The position numbers and the translations under genes are program-made. Below the pieces are notes generated by a model. That model made no database searches, was not told the DNA's origin, and was given only the letters and a program-made list of their open reading frames with translations. From Pseudomonadota bacterium (GTDB lineage Bacteria; Pseudomonadota; Gammaproteobacteria; Methylococcales; Methylococcaceae), in the NCBI GenBank assembly GCA_041178325.1, contig JBEGVN010000051.1, positions 1 to 24,669 on the forward strand: DNA of 24,669 bases, given 5' to 3'. Positions 22,786 to 24,669 of this stretch are shown piece after piece (position 1 is the stretch's first letter; every line of letters starts with the position of its first letter).

Positions 22786-24669
22786 TTAGAGGCCGGGTTC
22801 CCGGGTGTTCCGAATTTTAACGGGGCGTCCTGCACAAAGACGCATGTAGGTTCCGGACGCCGAAATACCGTTAAGTACGAGGCTCAAGGTTACCAGGGGT
22901 GCCATCCAGGCATGTTCCGAGCTGACGTGATAGAGGATCAAATCTTGGCCGATGAAAGATGGCCACAGTGGAAAACCTACCATTCCAAGAAAGCAAAGGA
23001 AGAAAAGGAGTGAGGCCACGGGAGCCCGTTCATCCATAGCTCTGAACATGAAAGGTTTTTCCGAAAAAGAATTGGTCCGATCCATCCAATGGATCACCAT
23101 TCGCCCAAACAACCAAAACGGAATGATGCCACTGAGGAATAACAGGACGTAACTCCAGTTGCCATCTCCGACAAGACCCGCGGCAATTCCTGCCAGCGTA
23201 TTGCTGGCACCAATGTAATTCCAGGTTGTTGCGGGATAGCGTTTTACGGTGAAGCCCAAAAGTGAGCAAGCAAACATTCCAAGAATCAGAGTGATGGCTA
23301 AAAAGGTCGTGAGATGACCGGTCTTGAGGTAAAAGGCCAATCCTCCGCCAAGCGTGATGGCCATGACCGTCCAACTGGTGTTGCGGCTGATGCGGGCAAG
23401 TTTTGATCCCATCGCCCTGAAAGAGTCCCAAAGCCATTTTCGGACAGCGAGTTCCAGGTTGAATTCTTGCAGGGAAAGCACGTGCAGGGTATTGCGAATC
23501 GTGCGGGGGAGTGGGTCGCGCAAGGCTCTGGGGAGTGACTGACTCATTCTGAGTCGCTGAAGATCAAGCGCAACATCAATTTCGCCTTCAACGCGCATCA
23601 GATGGGAGACGACGGAAGGCGAAACTAGTAATTGATAACAGCGGATAAACGCGTTGCCTAGGACATGGATCAATACAAAGCTCCCTAGCCCAAGGGCTAG
23701 TTCAATGAACATAAAACCCACTTGCGTGATCGAAGCATAAGCGATTCGCCCTTTAATGTTGGACTGTGTCTGCTCTGAGATGGACGCCACCAGAACGGTG
23801 ATACCACCAATCAGGAATACGACTACGCGAGAAAAGTTATCGAAGCCCCAAATGGCCTCTGTTCTCAGAAGCAGGAAGACGCCCAAATGAATCGACAGCG
23901 CACCGTAAAAAATAGCACTTGAAGGTGTTGGGCCTTCCATCGCACGAGGAATCCAGAAACAGAAGGGGAATTGTGCTGATTTACCCATGCTGGCAAGAAT
24001 GAGCAAAAGCGACAATCCCAAAAGCGTAAAGTCCCCATCGGATGAGGTGTGGGTGTTTATCGCATCCGTGAAATGGCTGAAGTGCCGATTTTCCTGAAAC
24101 AGTAGGTCGACCAAAAGGGCTGCAAGCAAAAGACCGATATCGCAGAGTCGGTAAATACTGTAGGCCCTCAGTGCATTGCGGATGGGTTGTTGGCGGTGAC
24201 GATAAAAGGCGATCAAAAGGAAGGAGGCGATGCCGACAATTTCCCAACCGGCAAAAAAGACGTCAAGCCCGCCAGAGAGGATTAAGGTGTTGAGGCCAAA
24301 AACGAAACCGAAAATAGTCAGAAAAAAACGGCGATAGCCAATTTCCCGATGAAGGTAGTAACGGCAGTATTTGACAATGACCGAGAAGATGACCCAGGTA
24401 CAGAAAAGATAGGCGGCTCCAATGTGGTCAAAAAAGAAAATCAAAGAGAACCGATACTCACCCTGCTGATATAAGGTTAACCAGTCGAACTCGGTGCTGG
24501 GGAATCCTTGTTGTGCCCATTCGGCCAGAAGCCCGAAGACTGCAACTCCGATGGCAAAACTTCCAGCCCGACTGATGGTCGCTATGGCTTTCTCGCGTTG
24601 TCCGAACATCAACAGCAGGATGAAGGCCGCCAATGGCGTCATCATGCAAGAAAGAATCAATTGGTTCAT
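22786..24669 (-). CDS. NuoL/MrpD-like proton-conducting membrane transporter subunit (627 aa) with an atypical C-terminal third.
   Basis: The N-terminus MNQLIL...AAFILLLMFG is NuoL-like. The core motif is FPFCFWIPRAMEGPTPSSAIFYGALSIHLGVFLLLR. A late GFPLWPSFIGQDLIL motif is also present. The ATG coincides with the window edge, so the upstream context is unseen. Confidence 0.8.
   Translation of the reverse strand: MNQLILSCMMTPLAAFILLLMFGQREKAIATISRAGSFAIGVAVFGLLAEWAQQGFPSTEFDWLTLYQQGEYRFSLIFFFDHIGAAYLFCTWVIFSVIVKYCRYYLHREIGYRRFFLTIFGFVFGLNTLILSGGLDVFFAGWEIVGIASFLLIAFYRHRQQPIRNALRAYSIYRLCDIGLLLAALLVDLLFQENRHFSHFTDAINTHTSSDGDFTLLGLSLLLILASMGKSAQFPFCFWIPRAMEGPTPSSAIFYGALSIHLGVFLLLRTEAIWGFDNFSRVVVFLIGGITVLVASISEQTQSNIKGRIAYASITQVGFMFIELALGLGSFVLIHVLGNAFIRCYQLLVSPSVVSHLMRVEGEIDVALDLQRLRMSQSLPRALRDPLPRTIRNTLHVLSLQEFNLELAVRKWLWDSFRAMGSKLARISRNTSWTVMAITLGGGLAFYLKTGHLTTFLAITLILGMFACSLLGFTVKRYPATTWNYIGASNTLAGIAAGLVGDGNWSYVLLFLSGIIPFWLFGRMVIHWMDRTNSFSEKPFMFRAMDERAPVASLLFFLCFLGMVGFPLWPSFIGQDLILYHVSSEHAWMAPLVTLSLVLNGISASGTYMRLCAGRPVKIRNTREPGL

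Noticed and set aside
22747-23013. ORF 22777-23013(+) and other ORFs antisense to, or out of frame with, the NuoL-like gene (22952-23152, 23030-23437, 23354-23542, 23981-24247 and 24458-24649).
   Set aside because: All are embedded in a strongly supported membrane-protein gene and have no independent support.
1-24669. A search for CRISPR arrays, rRNA genes, IS transposases with terminal inverted repeats, and long tandem repeats.
   Set aside because: I saw no regularly spaced direct repeats, no rRNA-like conserved stretches, and no DDE or serine transposase-like ORFs. The only recombinase-type genes are the short tyrosine recombinase and its remnant.

Overview
The window has two parts.

**Positions 1 to ~8690: right-hand portion of an integrated genomic island.**
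- The island ends at an orphan 3' half of a tRNA-Gln(CUG) gene (8644-8687). This half runs from the anticodon loop to CCA and has no matching 5' half. A strong intrinsic terminator follows it.
- The most interesting cargo is a translationally coupled two-gene module (86-1615 and 1612-2892).
  - The second gene is a TGT-fold, DpdA-like base-exchange enzyme. All three catalytic Asp motifs are visible.
  - The first gene is a 509-aa protein of no family I can name, with a sliding-clamp-like C-terminal sequence pattern.
  - No preQ0-biosynthesis genes or dpdB-K-type partners are visible anywhere in the window. I therefore flag the pair as a candidate non-canonical DNA base-exchange or defence module.
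- Other cargo:
  - an AT-rich seven-blade FG-GAP/VCBS gene, bracketed by a 17-bp perfect direct repeat;
  - a 190-aa FimB/FimE-sized tyrosine recombinase, plus a decayed 3' end of a second recombinase;
  - a 1.2-kb stretch with no credible CDS;
  - several small ORFans;
  - a secreted protein with an IPTL-CTERM-like tail.

**Positions ~8.7-24.7 kb: ordinary Gram-negative chromosomal backbone.**
- RTX-repeat protein, MAPEG/YecN-like protein, and two secreted or lipoproteins.
- A small XrtH-like exosortase and a YdcH/DUF465 protein.
- A cobalamin riboswitch followed by a BtuB-like TonB-dependent receptor.
- A CBM48-like protein, a SYLF lipoprotein, and a zinc-ribbon membrane protein.
- A minus-strand terC-usp-(DOMON-like)-DUF1343/NamZ operon and a lipoprotein.
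- A sigma-54 NtrC-type response regulator and a NuoL/MrpD-like membrane subunit.

I saw no CRISPR array, rRNA, intact tRNA or IS transposase. All family assignments are motif recognition by eye; no database search was run.
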